The notes beneath the pieces were generated by a model, which saw nothing but the letters and a program-made list of their open reading frames with translations, searched no databases and was not told the origin of the DNA. Positions 55,786-64,000 of a DNA stretch of 64,000 nt are shown one piece after another. Made by a program: the position numbers and the translations under genes. The stretch covers positions 576,001 to 640,000 of the forward strand of contig OZ244991.1 of the NCBI GenBank assembly GCA_965223335.1, written 5' to 3'. This stretch comes from Thermodesulfobacteriota bacterium (GTDB lineage: Bacteria; Desulfobacterota_D; UBA1144; Nemesobacterales; UBA2774). Within the stretch, counting starts at the first letter, position 1. Each line of letters starts with the position of its first letter.

Positions 55786-55888
55786 AACTTTGGATCCAAA
55801 AAAGTGTTTATTTATATGATACAGAGTCCTGGTATTAAGGTTCTCCTAATTTAAAATCGGCGACAGACCAAAACGGTTTTACTGCAAT

Positions 55889-56620
55889 CTAGGTATCGGT
55901 ATTTCCCAGGCCAAAAAACGCTTTTACATCGTCTAAGTTTTTCGATTCCAGGAAATCACTCTCGTCTAATCTATCCACCCCTCTTTTATTCATCCATACT
56001 ACGTCGAGCCCGGCATTGAGACCCCCAAGGATATCCGCCCCATAGAGGTCACCAATGTGTACTGCGTCCCCCGCCGCTATATCCAACCGTTCGAGTGCAA
56101 ATCGGAATATTCTCTCGTCGGGCTTAATGAGACCCAACTCTGTAGAATCTAGGATTAAATCGAAAAAATCCCTAATCCCCACCTCGTCACATTTTTGAGC
56201 TGTACGGCCGTCATTATTGGATATTATAGCGACTACAAAACCTTCTTGCTTAAGAAAGCTAAGCAGCCCCTTTGCCCCGGGCAGCACCTCTCTGGTAAAG
56301 CTGATCTTGCTCATCTCAACCCTTACCCGGCTCCTTAGCTCTGCTACATCTACGCTTTTATCCCTAAATTCCTCCAGGTGCTCGTACAGAAGGGGGAAGA
56401 ACCACTTGCGATGCTCATCTGGAGTGATTCCACCCTTGTTAATATGCTTCTTGTAGAGTTCATAATCAGCTCTATGATATGCATGCTCAAACTCACTATC
56501 CGTAATATTCATACCCGCCTCTCTAAGTGCCATAGCGATCCTTTGCAAGAACGGAGGGTTGGTCGAGGCAAGTGTGTCGCCGAAATCAAAAAACACTGCT
56601 TTTTTATGTACTAGGTGCAT
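55889..56620 (-). CDS. HAD-family hydrolase (IA)
   Basis: FDFGDTL, ISN, KPDERIF, HIGD..ADILG. Confidence 0.88.
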   Translation of the reverse strand: MHLVHKKAVFFDFGDTLASTNPPFLQRIAMALREAGMNITDSEFEHAYHRADYELYKKHINKGGITPDEHRKWFFPLLYEHLEEFRDKSVDVAELRSRVRVEMSKISFTREVLPGAKGLLSFLKQEGFVVAIISNNDGRTAQKCDEVGIRDFFDLILDSTELGLIKPDERIFRFALERLDIAAGDAVHIGDLYGADILGGLNAGLDVVWMNKRGVDRLDESDFLESKNLDDVKAFFGLGNTDT

Positions 56621-56652
56621 CGTTGCTCCAATGAATTCCGAGTAAATTAATC

Positions 56653-56661
56653 ATTATAGCA
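56653..56661 (-). promoter_or_regulatory. Extended -10 for HAD hydrolase
   Basis: Minus strand TGCTATAAT about 30 nt upstream of start. Confidence 0.45.
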
Positions 56662-56687
56662 TCTTTTAATAGCACCTTCCTGCAAGC

Positions 56688-56716
56688 TTGCCAATATACC
56701 TAATCTTAGATACCCT
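56688..56716 (+). promoter_or_regulatory. Putative promoter of glyA-nrdR-tatD
   Basis: TTGCCA-17 nt-TACCCT; AAGGAGG SD downstream. Confidence 0.4.
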
Positions 56717-56741
56717 AAACGCTTATCCAAGGAGGCTTTAA

Positions 56742-57989
56742 ATGTCAGATCTTCTCACCGTAGACCCCGAAATCGCAAAGGTTATAACCGATGAAATAGA
56801 GCGCCAGGAATATAAACTCGAGCTCATTGCGTCGGAAAACTATGTAAGCGATGCGGTGCTTGAAGCACTGGGCTCGGTGCTCACCAACAAGTACGCTGAG
56901 GGCCTGCCGGGCAAGAGATACTACGGTGGATGCGAGTATGTAGACGTAGCGGAAGACCTGGCTAGAGAGAGGGCCAAAAAACTCTTTGGCTGCGATGCTG
57001 TTAATGTACAGCCACACGCGGGCGCCCAGGCCAATATGGCTGTGTACTTCGCAGCGCTCGATCCGGGAGACACGATTTTGGGCATGAGCCTCGACCACGG
57101 AGGTCACCTCACACACGGCAGCCCGGTCAACTTCTCGGGCAGGATATACAACGTGGTCCCATACGGGGTCACAGAGGACACCAATTTAATCGATTATGAC
57201 GAGGTCCGGGACCTTGCCCTCAAACACAATCCCAAATTGATAGTAGTGGGATGGAGTGCGTATCCGAGAGATATAGATTTTGCAAAATTCAAAGAGATTG
57301 CCGATGAGTCGGGAGCATTACTCATGGCCGATATCGCACACCCCTCGGGACTAGTCGTAGCAGGACTCTATTCAAACCCCGTACCCCACTGCGACTATGT
57401 AACCACCACTACACACAAGACCCTAAGGGGTCCACGCGGCGGCATGATTATGATGAAGGAAGAGCACGCCAAAAAGGTAAACAGCAGGGTGTTCCCTGGC
57501 ACACAGGGCGGCCCGTTGATGCATGTGATAGCAGCCAAGGCAGTTGCTTTCAAAGAAGCCCTACAGGATGACTTTAATGAATATCAGAAGCAGGTCGTGG
57601 CCAACTCCAAACGGCTTGGTGACGCACTCATAAAATACGGTTTTAAGCTTGTATCCGGGGGTACAGACAACCACCTGGTACTGGTCGACCTCAGAGACAC
57701 CGACTTAACAGGACAGGTTGCCGAAGAGACACTGGGCGAGGCAGGCATAACCGTCAATAAAAACGCCATACCATTCGACCCGCGTCCCCCTGCAGTTGCG
57801 AGCGGTATTCGGATCGGCACCCCTGCGGTTACGACTCGCGGGATGAAAGAAACCGAGATGGAGCGTATTGCAGATCTCATGTACGAGGCACTTCAGAACC
57901 AAGGAAACGAGCGGGTGCTAGCTAAAATAAAGGATGATGTGAAAGAGCTATGTACGGCTTTCCCCATATATAGCCATAAACTCGTATAG
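56742..57989 (+). CDS. glyA: Serine hydroxymethyltransferase
   Basis: [32 protein letters not shown]. Confidence 0.98.
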   Translation: MSDLLTVDPEIAKVITDEIERQEYKLELIASENYVSDAVLEALGSVLTNKYAEGLPGKRYYGGCEYVDVAEDLARERAKKLFGCDAVNVQPHAGAQANMAVYFAALDPGDTILGMSLDHGGHLTHGSPVNFSGRIYNVVPYGVTEDTNLIDYDEVRDLALKHNPKLIVVGWSAYPRDIDFAKFKEIADESGALLMADIAHPSGLVVAGLYSNPVPHCDYVTTTTHKTLRGPRGGMIMMKEEHAKKVNSRVFPGTQGGPLMHVIAAKAVAFKEALQDDFNEYQKQVVANSKRLGDALIKYGFKLVSGGTDNHLVLVDLRDTDLTGQVAEETLGEAGITVNKNAIPFDPRPPAVASGIRIGTPAVTTRGMKETEMERIADLMYEALQNQGNERVLAKIKDDVKELCTAFPIYSHKLV

Positions 57990-58514
57990 ATGAAATGTCC
58001 ATTTTGCAGCAGTTCGGAAAATAAAGTAGTTGACTCGCGCCTGGCCAAAGGCGATAGCGCTATAAGGCGGCGTAGAGAGTGCCTGGAGTGTAAGAGCCGC
58101 TTTACTACTTATGAGCGGGTAGAGGAGCTTGAGCTACTGGTGGTCAAAAAAGGCGGGGTCCGCGAAACATTTGATCGTATGAAGATTGTATCGGGCATGC
58201 TAAAAGCCTGCGAGAAAAGACCCATAAGCGCTGATGTGATTGAGGAGTTTGTGACCGATCTCGAGCGCGAGCTACAGGAGCGGGGAGAGCGTGAGGTGGA
58301 CAGTCGAGAGATCGGCGAAAGGGTTATAAACAAGCTCTACGACATCGACGAGGTAGCCTACGTCCGGTTTGCATCTGTATACAGGTCGTTTAAAGACGTA
58401 AACCAGTTTATGGACGAGCTAAAAGACCTGCTAAAAGATAAGTCCACTGATCCAGATTCCAAAAAAATTAGCAAATCCACCCTGGAATTAATCAAAGACA
58501 AAGACAACGAGTAA
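57990..58514 (+). CDS. nrdR: Transcriptional repressor NrdR
   Basis: MKCPFC, RRRREC..C..RFTTYE, ATP cone, AYVRFASVY. Confidence 0.97.
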   Translation: MKCPFCSSSENKVVDSRLAKGDSAIRRRRECLECKSRFTTYERVEELELLVVKKGGVRETFDRMKIVSGMLKACEKRPISADVIEEFVTDLERELQERGEREVDSREIGERVINKLYDIDEVAYVRFASVYRSFKDVNQFMDELKDLLKDKSTDPDSKKISKSTLELIKDKDNE

Positions 58515-58515
58515 T

Positions 58516-59271
58516 ATGTTAATAGACACTCATGCCCATCTCGTGTCTTTAGAAAACCCCGAAGATGCAATAATCAGAGCAGGTGAAAACGGGGTAGGAA
58601 AGATAGTTGCCATAGCATCTGACCTGGACTCCTCCCATGCCACCCTAAAACTCTCTAATAGCTACGATAATATCTATGCCACTGTCGGAATCCACCCCCA
58701 TGCTGCATCGAGCTATAGCGAGCATACATGGGCTGCATACCGGGATTTAACCAATGAACCCAAGGTAGTCGCCGTAGGAGAAACCGGGCTCGATTATCAC
58801 TACATGAACTCACCTAAAGAAACACAGATACTTTCATTTCAAAACCACATAGCGCTTGGAAAGAGCACAGAGCTTCCGCTTGTGATCCATATACGTGACG
58901 CACACGATGATATGATAAACATACTCAGAACCGAGCCACTTTCCTCAAACCCGGGAGTAATCCACTGCTTTACGGGCGACAGGGCACTCGCCGAAACCTA
59001 CCTTGACCTGGGTTTTTATATATCGTTCTCGGGCATAGTAACGTTTAAAAGGTCAGAGGAACTGAGAGACGCGGCAAAGTATGTGCCCGGGGACCGAATC
59101 CTCATAGAAACCGATTCCCCATACCTCGCTCCCGTGCCCCACAGAGGCAAACCCAATGAACCGGCCTATGTTAAACACGTGGCCGAAACCCTGGCAGACG
59201 TCCGCGGGTTAACACTCGAGCAACTCGAAGAAATCACAACCTCTAATGCTCAAAGGTTATTCTCTATATAG
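58516..59271 (+). CDS. tatD: TatD-family hydrolase
   Basis: DTHAH, GIHP, GETGLD, IHCF, ETDSPYLAP. Confidence 0.94.
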   Translation: MLIDTHAHLVSLENPEDAIIRAGENGVGKIVAIASDLDSSHATLKLSNSYDNIYATVGIHPHAASSYSEHTWAAYRDLTNEPKVVAVGETGLDYHYMNSPKETQILSFQNHIALGKSTELPLVIHIRDAHDDMINILRTEPLSSNPGVIHCFTGDRALAETYLDLGFYISFSGIVTFKRSEELRDAAKYVPGDRILIETDSPYLAPVPHRGKPNEPAYVKHVAETLADVRGLTLEQLEEITTSNAQRLFSI

Positions 59272-59321
59272 CACACCTTGAGTGAACTCCATTCCCCGTG
59301 CATTCTTAGAGGTGATAAACA

Positions 59322-60278
59322 ATGAACAAAACTCCTAGGATTGGGATAACTCTCGGCGACCCAAACGGTATCGGCCCCGAAATCACAGCCAAAGCAGTGT
59401 GCTCGGCCGAGCTAAAAGACAGGTGCGAACTCCATGTCTATGGGAGTCGTGTTGTTTTCAGAGCTGCAGAGAAGCTTGTAGGTATGGACGGTTTGTATAA
59501 ATTCCACGAAATTAGCGGGTTTGAGGATGAACACCTCAAACCTGGCACCGTTGATAAAACCGCAGGGAAAGCGAGTTTGGAATATATTAATGCGGCCGTA
59601 ACGGACGCAGTTAACAATAAAATCGATGCAATAGTGACAGCTCCTATAAGCAAAGAGTCCATTCATGCGGCAGGATCTGTTTATCCGGGGCATACTGAGA
59701 TGCTACGGGATATGACCGGTGCCGGGGATGTTGTAATGGCATTTAGCGGGGGCAACTTCATGGTGGCTCTGGTCACTATACATGTAGCGCTAAAGCAGGT
59801 ACCCGAGCTTATCACAAGGGATAAGGTACTGAATACTATCCGTGTTTCGTTCGAATCTCTTAAGAATGAATTCAGCATTAATAATCCCAGGATTGTGGTG
59901 TGTGGACTTAACCCTCATGCCGGGGAGGCCGGGGCTTTCGGAACCGAGGAAATAGAACACATATTGCCTGCTATAGAGGTTGCAAGAAAAGGGGGTATAG
60001 ATGTAACAGGCCCCTTACCAGCGGACACGCTCTTTTACCAGGCCAAAAACGGCCGGTGGGATCTGGTCGTAGCAATGTATCATGATCAGGGATTGATACC
60101 ATTTAAGATGCTTGCGTTTGATGTGGGGGTGAATGTTACATTGGGTTTGCCAATTATCAGAACCTCGCCCGATCACGGTACAGCTTTCGATATAGCATGG
60201 CAGGGAAAAGCAGATCCCACGAGTATGATAGAGGCCATCTCCCTTGCCGCAACCCTGGCACAGAATCGCATTAAGTAA
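59322..60278 (+). CDS. pdxA: 4-hydroxythreonine-4-phosphate dehydrogenase
   Basis: GDPNGIGPE, GHTE, NPHAGE, MYHDQG, RTSPDHGTA. Confidence 0.95.
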   Translation: MNKTPRIGITLGDPNGIGPEITAKAVCSAELKDRCELHVYGSRVVFRAAEKLVGMDGLYKFHEISGFEDEHLKPGTVDKTAGKASLEYINAAVTDAVNNKIDAIVTAPISKESIHAAGSVYPGHTEMLRDMTGAGDVVMAFSGGNFMVALVTIHVALKQVPELITRDKVLNTIRVSFESLKNEFSINNPRIVVCGLNPHAGEAGAFGTEEIEHILPAIEVARKGGIDVTGPLPADTLFYQAKNGRWDLVVAMYHDQGLIPFKMLAFDVGVNVTLGLPIIRTSPDHGTAFDIAWQGKADPTSMIEAISLAATLAQNRIK

Positions 60279-60293
60279 TTGCCAGGCGAATCT

Positions 60294-61049
60294 CTATACG
60301 TATGTTTCAGGGATTCCGATTATCTGTGGTAGTAGTTCCCCGGACTTGCCGAGTAGTGTCATATCGAAAAGCGGGGAGTTGGGTGTCTGTTCCATATTGA
60401 TCTCGATTACGGATTTCCCAGTCTGTTTAGCTACAAGCCCCATAGATGCCGCAGGCTCTACCACACCTGATGTGCCGACTATCAGCATTACATCGCATTC
60501 CTCAATTGCCTTTAGTGATTTATCAATGAGGTCCATGTCCAGGTTCTCCCCGAACCAGACTACGTGGGGCCTGCCCATTTCTCCGCAGAGCTTGCATGTG
60601 GGAGGGATCTCGGGGAGAGGGACGGTGTGGTTCTGCTCTATCTCGCTGCATTTTGTGCACCTTATCTGCCATATGTTGCCGTGCAGCTCGACCATATTTC
60701 TGCTCCCCGCCATCTGGTGCAGCGCATCTATATTCTGCGTGATAAGTGTAAATTTCTTTTTTTCCTTCTCCAGATCAACCAGTGCATAATGACCGGCATT
60801 GGGCTTTGACTCCGCCACTGCGTTTCGCCTCCAATCGTACCATTCCCACACCAGTTTTGGATTATCCCAGAAAGCTTGCGGCGTTGCCAGCTGCTCGGGT
60901 TTGTAGTTCTGCCACAAACCCTCCTGACCCCTGAACGTTGGTATCCCGCTCTCAGCCGATATACCTGCGCCTGTAAGCACTGCCACACTCGATGCTTTTG
61001 CGAGCAGCCCCCTTGCCAACATGATTTTTTCGTTCTGTTCCGGGTTCAT
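60294..61049 (-). CDS. cobB: NAD-dependent protein deacylase (class III sirtuin)
   Basis: GAGISAESGIPTFR, W.WY..RR, TQNID, ELHG, two CxxC, GTSG. Confidence 0.93.
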   Translation of the reverse strand: MNPEQNEKIMLARGLLAKASSVAVLTGAGISAESGIPTFRGQEGLWQNYKPEQLATPQAFWDNPKLVWEWYDWRRNAVAESKPNAGHYALVDLEKEKKKFTLITQNIDALHQMAGSRNMVELHGNIWQIRCTKCSEIEQNHTVPLPEIPPTCKLCGEMGRPHVVWFGENLDMDLIDKSLKAIEECDVMLIVGTSGVVEPAASMGLVAKQTGKSVIEINMEQTPNSPLFDMTLLGKSGELLPQIIGIPETYV

Positions 61050-61144
61050 AGCTTAATTAGACATATACGTTATATCTTAAATGTTAAGTCCAGTAGCAAA
61101 GGTTTTCAATAAACGGTTGGGGTGATGTGAGGACTCGTAGTGAC

Positions 61145-62269
61145 TTAATTATTCGGATAGTTCACCTTTGAATTGCTCAGATGGCGGGGATGGACAATCA
61201 CTTTCTCCGGGCCCTGCCACTGTACCACTGCCATCTCGTGTGCGATTTGATTCCCATTGTCGTCGGTCCTAAAATCCCCATAAAATGTAGTAATATCGAG
61301 CTTCCTAGAGATATTGCGGAGCAAACCATCATCCAAGCTCCCTGCTTCTGCAATGCATTTTTCAATGATGATTCCGATGTTGTAGCCCTGTGCCCCTAGG
61401 TATTGGGGACTCTCTTTGTTTTCGGACCTAAATCTGTCGGCAAACTCCTTTGGACCAGGCCCCATATCGGGATCGATCTTAATCCCCTCCTCCCATTGGC
61501 TCGTTGAAAACACCCCGTCTGCCCAAGACCCTAAACGCTCCTTAAAATGTTTTATGGATGCCGCTACAAACCAAAGCGCTTTTGCAGTTACTGCTCGATC
61601 CCTTAGAACCTCGGCTAGACCTAGGTCGTCTTCCATCCGTCCCATAGATAAAATCAGGTCCGGTCCATAGTCCTTTAGGTCCTCTACATAGCTATTGAAA
61701 TCAGCCTTGCCTGAGATGTAATTAAATTCCCTCAAATCAAAACCGTTTTGGGCGGCGCGTTCCCTGACACCGTGCAGTATATTCCTTGAGAATCCGCTGT
61801 CCCCCGCACTAAACGCAGCTATTTTGCTTGCGCTTGGGTCAAGCTCCCTTACCAGGTCGATAACACCTAATCCATAGTTACGAGTCGGTGTAATAGCACT
61901 TACGACACAAGACAGATCTCTCTCGCCTATCTCATCCGTAGCTCCTCCGTGGTTCCATAGAGTTTTATTGTACCGCTCTGCGACTTGAGCAGCGTTTAGA
62001 GTGATGGTGCTTGAATAGGGTCCTACCAGGATATCTACCTTATCGTCCATAATAAGACGCTTAATAAGTGTAACTATATTTTCAGACGAGCTCTGATCGT
62101 CATAGTGTATGAGTTCGAGTGTACATTTTCTACCCAAGGCCCCTACATAGATCCCGCCCCGTTCGTTTACCTCTTTAACCCAAAGCCCAAGCCCCTTAAA
62201 ACTCTCGGCACCCTGAATCGAGTACCTACCGCTAAGCGATATTGCTACACCGACCTTGATACTACTCAT
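61145..62269 (-). CDS. Type I (Leu/Ile/Val-like) substrate-binding protein, no signal peptide evident
   Basis: KVGVAISLSG, NERGG, YDDQS, GPYSS, QWQ; start 62269 or 62290. Confidence 0.82.
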   Translation of the reverse strand: MSSIKVGVAISLSGRYSIQGAESFKGLGLWVKEVNERGGIYVGALGRKCTLELIHYDDQSSSENIVTLIKRLIMDDKVDILVGPYSSTITLNAAQVAERYNKTLWNHGGATDEIGERDLSCVVSAITPTRNYGLGVIDLVRELDPSASKIAAFSAGDSGFSRNILHGVRERAAQNGFDLREFNYISGKADFNSYVEDLKDYGPDLILSMGRMEDDLGLAEVLRDRAVTAKALWFVAASIKHFKERLGSWADGVFSTSQWEEGIKIDPDMGPGPKEFADRFRSENKESPQYLGAQGYNIGIIIEKCIAEAGSLDDGLLRNISRKLDITTFYGDFRTDDNGNQIAHEMAVVQWQGPEKVIVHPRHLSNSKVNYPNN

Positions 62270-62344
62270 ATGGCCGTAGCATACACTCAAGATCTATTAC
62301 ATAAAAGTGGGGTTCTACTCAGAGGCTATGTAACGTGCAGTAAT

Positions 62345-63538
62345 TTAGGCCAATTTAGCTAGGGCACTCTCTATGCGGTCCATTCCCTCTACTATGTCTT
62401 CCATGGATGTGGCGTATGAAATGCGAACGTGCTTATCCGAGCCGAACGCTACTCCGGGCACTACAGCTACTCTGGCCTCCTCTAGCAAAAACTCTGTGAA
62501 ATCAAGCGAATCCGAGAGCTCTTTACCCCCGTAACTCTTACCAAAGTATCCAGAGATATCGGGGAACACATAGAACGCACCGTGGGGATTAAAACACTCC
62601 ATCCCCTCCATCCCCCTCAAACGCCCTACTATATAATCCCTGCGCTTCTCAAACTCTTTTGTATGCTCCGTGATAACATCGTGGGGCCCCGAAAACGCCT
62701 CATAGGCAGCCCACTGTGATATAGATGCCGGGTTTGAGGTAGACTGACCCTGAAGCTTATTCACCGCGGCTACTACGTCTTTGTCACCCGCTATATAGCC
62801 GATGCGCCACCCCGTCATCGCATATGTTTTGGACACTCCGTTTACGAGCAGTGTCGACCTTTTAATCTCATCACCGAGTGATGCCACAGAGGTATGAATG
62901 AGTCCGTCGTATAATATCTTTTCATAAATTTCGTCGGATATTATTACAAGGTTATTCTCAACAGCTATGGTCGCTAACTCCAAAAGCTCGTCCCTTAGAT
63001 AGGTAGCACCCGTGGGGTTGGATGGGTAGTTCAAAATCAGAGCCTTTGTATTTGGAGTAATAGCAGCCCCGAGTGTATCGGGAGTGATCTTAAACCCGCT
63101 TTGCTCGTCTGTATCAAGAATGATAGGTGTGGCATCGGCGAGACGGACCTGCTCGGGGTATGAGACCCAGTACGGCGAGGGTATCAATACCTCGTCACCT
63201 TTATCGAATAGAACCTGGGCTATGTTGTATAGGCTGTGCTTTGCCCCGCAAGATACGGTAATTTCTGAATTCTCATATGTAAGGCCGTGGTCTTCTTGAA
63301 TCCTTTGTTTAATAGACTCTTTAAGCTCATCAATCCCGCTTACCACCGTATATTTCGTATGGCCTTTGTGGATTGCATCAATTGCAAAGTCTTTCACATG
63401 GTCTGGTGTATCGAAATCGGGTTCACCTGCACCGAACCCTATCACATCTATCCCCGCAGCTCGTAACTCCTTGGCCTTGGCAGTAATCGTAAGTGTAGCC
63501 GAGGGCTGCAACCTCTCTGCGCGCGCAGATAATTTCAT
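62345..63538 (-). CDS. aspC: Aspartate aminotransferase (class I/II PLP)
   Basis: GEPDF, NPTG, SDEIY, SKTYAMTGWRIG, GAFY, RISYA. Confidence 0.92.
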   Translation of the reverse strand: MKLSARAERLQPSATLTITAKAKELRAAGIDVIGFGAGEPDFDTPDHVKDFAIDAIHKGHTKYTVVSGIDELKESIKQRIQEDHGLTYENSEITVSCGAKHSLYNIAQVLFDKGDEVLIPSPYWVSYPEQVRLADATPIILDTDEQSGFKITPDTLGAAITPNTKALILNYPSNPTGATYLRDELLELATIAVENNLVIISDEIYEKILYDGLIHTSVASLGDEIKRSTLLVNGVSKTYAMTGWRIGYIAGDKDVVAAVNKLQGQSTSNPASISQWAAYEAFSGPHDVITEHTKEFEKRRDYIVGRLRGMEGMECFNPHGAFYVFPDISGYFGKSYGGKELSDSLDFTEFLLEEARVAVVPGVAFGSDKHVRISYATSMEDIVEGMDRIESALAKLA

Positions 63539-63559
63539 CTAAGTAAGTACCTCCTACAA

Positions 63560-64000
63560 TTAAATAAGCTTCTCTTTGAGTTTAGCCTCAACGTTCTGGG
63601 GCACCATATGGGCCGCCGAGCCGCCGAGCCTTATAATCTCTTTAATGATAGACGACCTGATATGAGAATATGCGCTGTCTGTTACCATAAACACCGTCTC
63701 GAGTTCCGAGTTTAGCGTTTTATTGGCCAGTGCCATCTGCAATTCATACTCAAAATCAGAGACGGTCCTCATACCCCTAAGGACAATATTTGTACCTATT
63801 TTTTTGGCATACTCAACAAGCAGTCCCTCAAATGAGTCTACCCTTATTTCCTCTCGCCCCTGAAAAACCTCACTTATTAACTCTACCCTCTCCTCGAGGC
63901 TAAAGGTCGTTTTTTTAGAAGTGTTGTGGGCCACTGCAACAATTATGGTATCGAAAACCTGCACCGACCTCTCTATTATATTCAAGTGCCCTTTAGTAAA
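63560..64000 (-). CDS. coaD: Phosphopantetheine adenylyltransferase (5' end outside window)
   Basis: Frame open to window edge (FTKGHLNII); RGMRTVSDFEYE, SSIIKE. Confidence 0.95.
   Translation of the reverse strand, partial: FTKGHLNIIERSVQVFDTIIVAVAHNTSKKTTFSLEERVELISEVFQGREEIRVDSFEGLLVEYAKKIGTNIVLRGMRTVSDFEYELQMALANKTLNSELETVFMVTDSAYSHIRSSIIKEIIRLGGSAAHMVPQNVEAKLKEKLI

Noticed and set aside
55786..55888. LexA (SOS) box upstream of uvrA
   Set aside because: Only a CTGT half-site on the minus strand, with no matching ACAG at 8-nt spacing.
1..64000. CRISPR arrays, tRNA/rRNA, IS elements, prophage or defence island (including queC/tatD as QatABCD or Dpd, and the sirtuin as Thoeris/DSR)
   Set aside because: No repeat-spacer arrays or mobility genes seen; queC, tatD and cobB are canonical housekeeping forms in housekeeping contexts far apart from each other.

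Overview
Gene-dense bacterial chromosomal segment, mostly housekeeping and metabolic. I found no rRNA, tRNA, CRISPR array, transposase, integrase or phage gene. Both ends cut genes: an FTR1 iron permease on the left and coaD on the right. Main blocks are queC-queE; rplM-rpsI-ino1; glcD-glcE-DUF3891-glcF; a zincin-motif lipoprotein facing a Lit/DUF1461 gene; nhaA; an LLM monooxygenase; a stand-alone secretin N0-like protein; two signalling loci (REC-PAS-GGDEF plus hybrid kinase; FIST plus hybrid kinase); folM-folB-folK-hpt; a complete pentose-phosphate cluster (ppgK, tkt, tal-pgi fusion, rpiA, rpe, gnd, zwf, pgl); ispH; uvrA; glyA-nrdR-tatD-pdxA; cobB; and aspC-coaD. The most striking item is a GHMP kinase carrying the plant galacturonokinase-type motif (PYRISPLGAHIDHQGG instead of galactokinase GRxNLIGEHxDY). 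It is translationally coupled to a sugar-1-phosphate nucleotidyltransferase, suggesting a bacterial uronic-acid salvage route to an NDP-sugar. All family calls come from motif recognition by eye; no searches were run.
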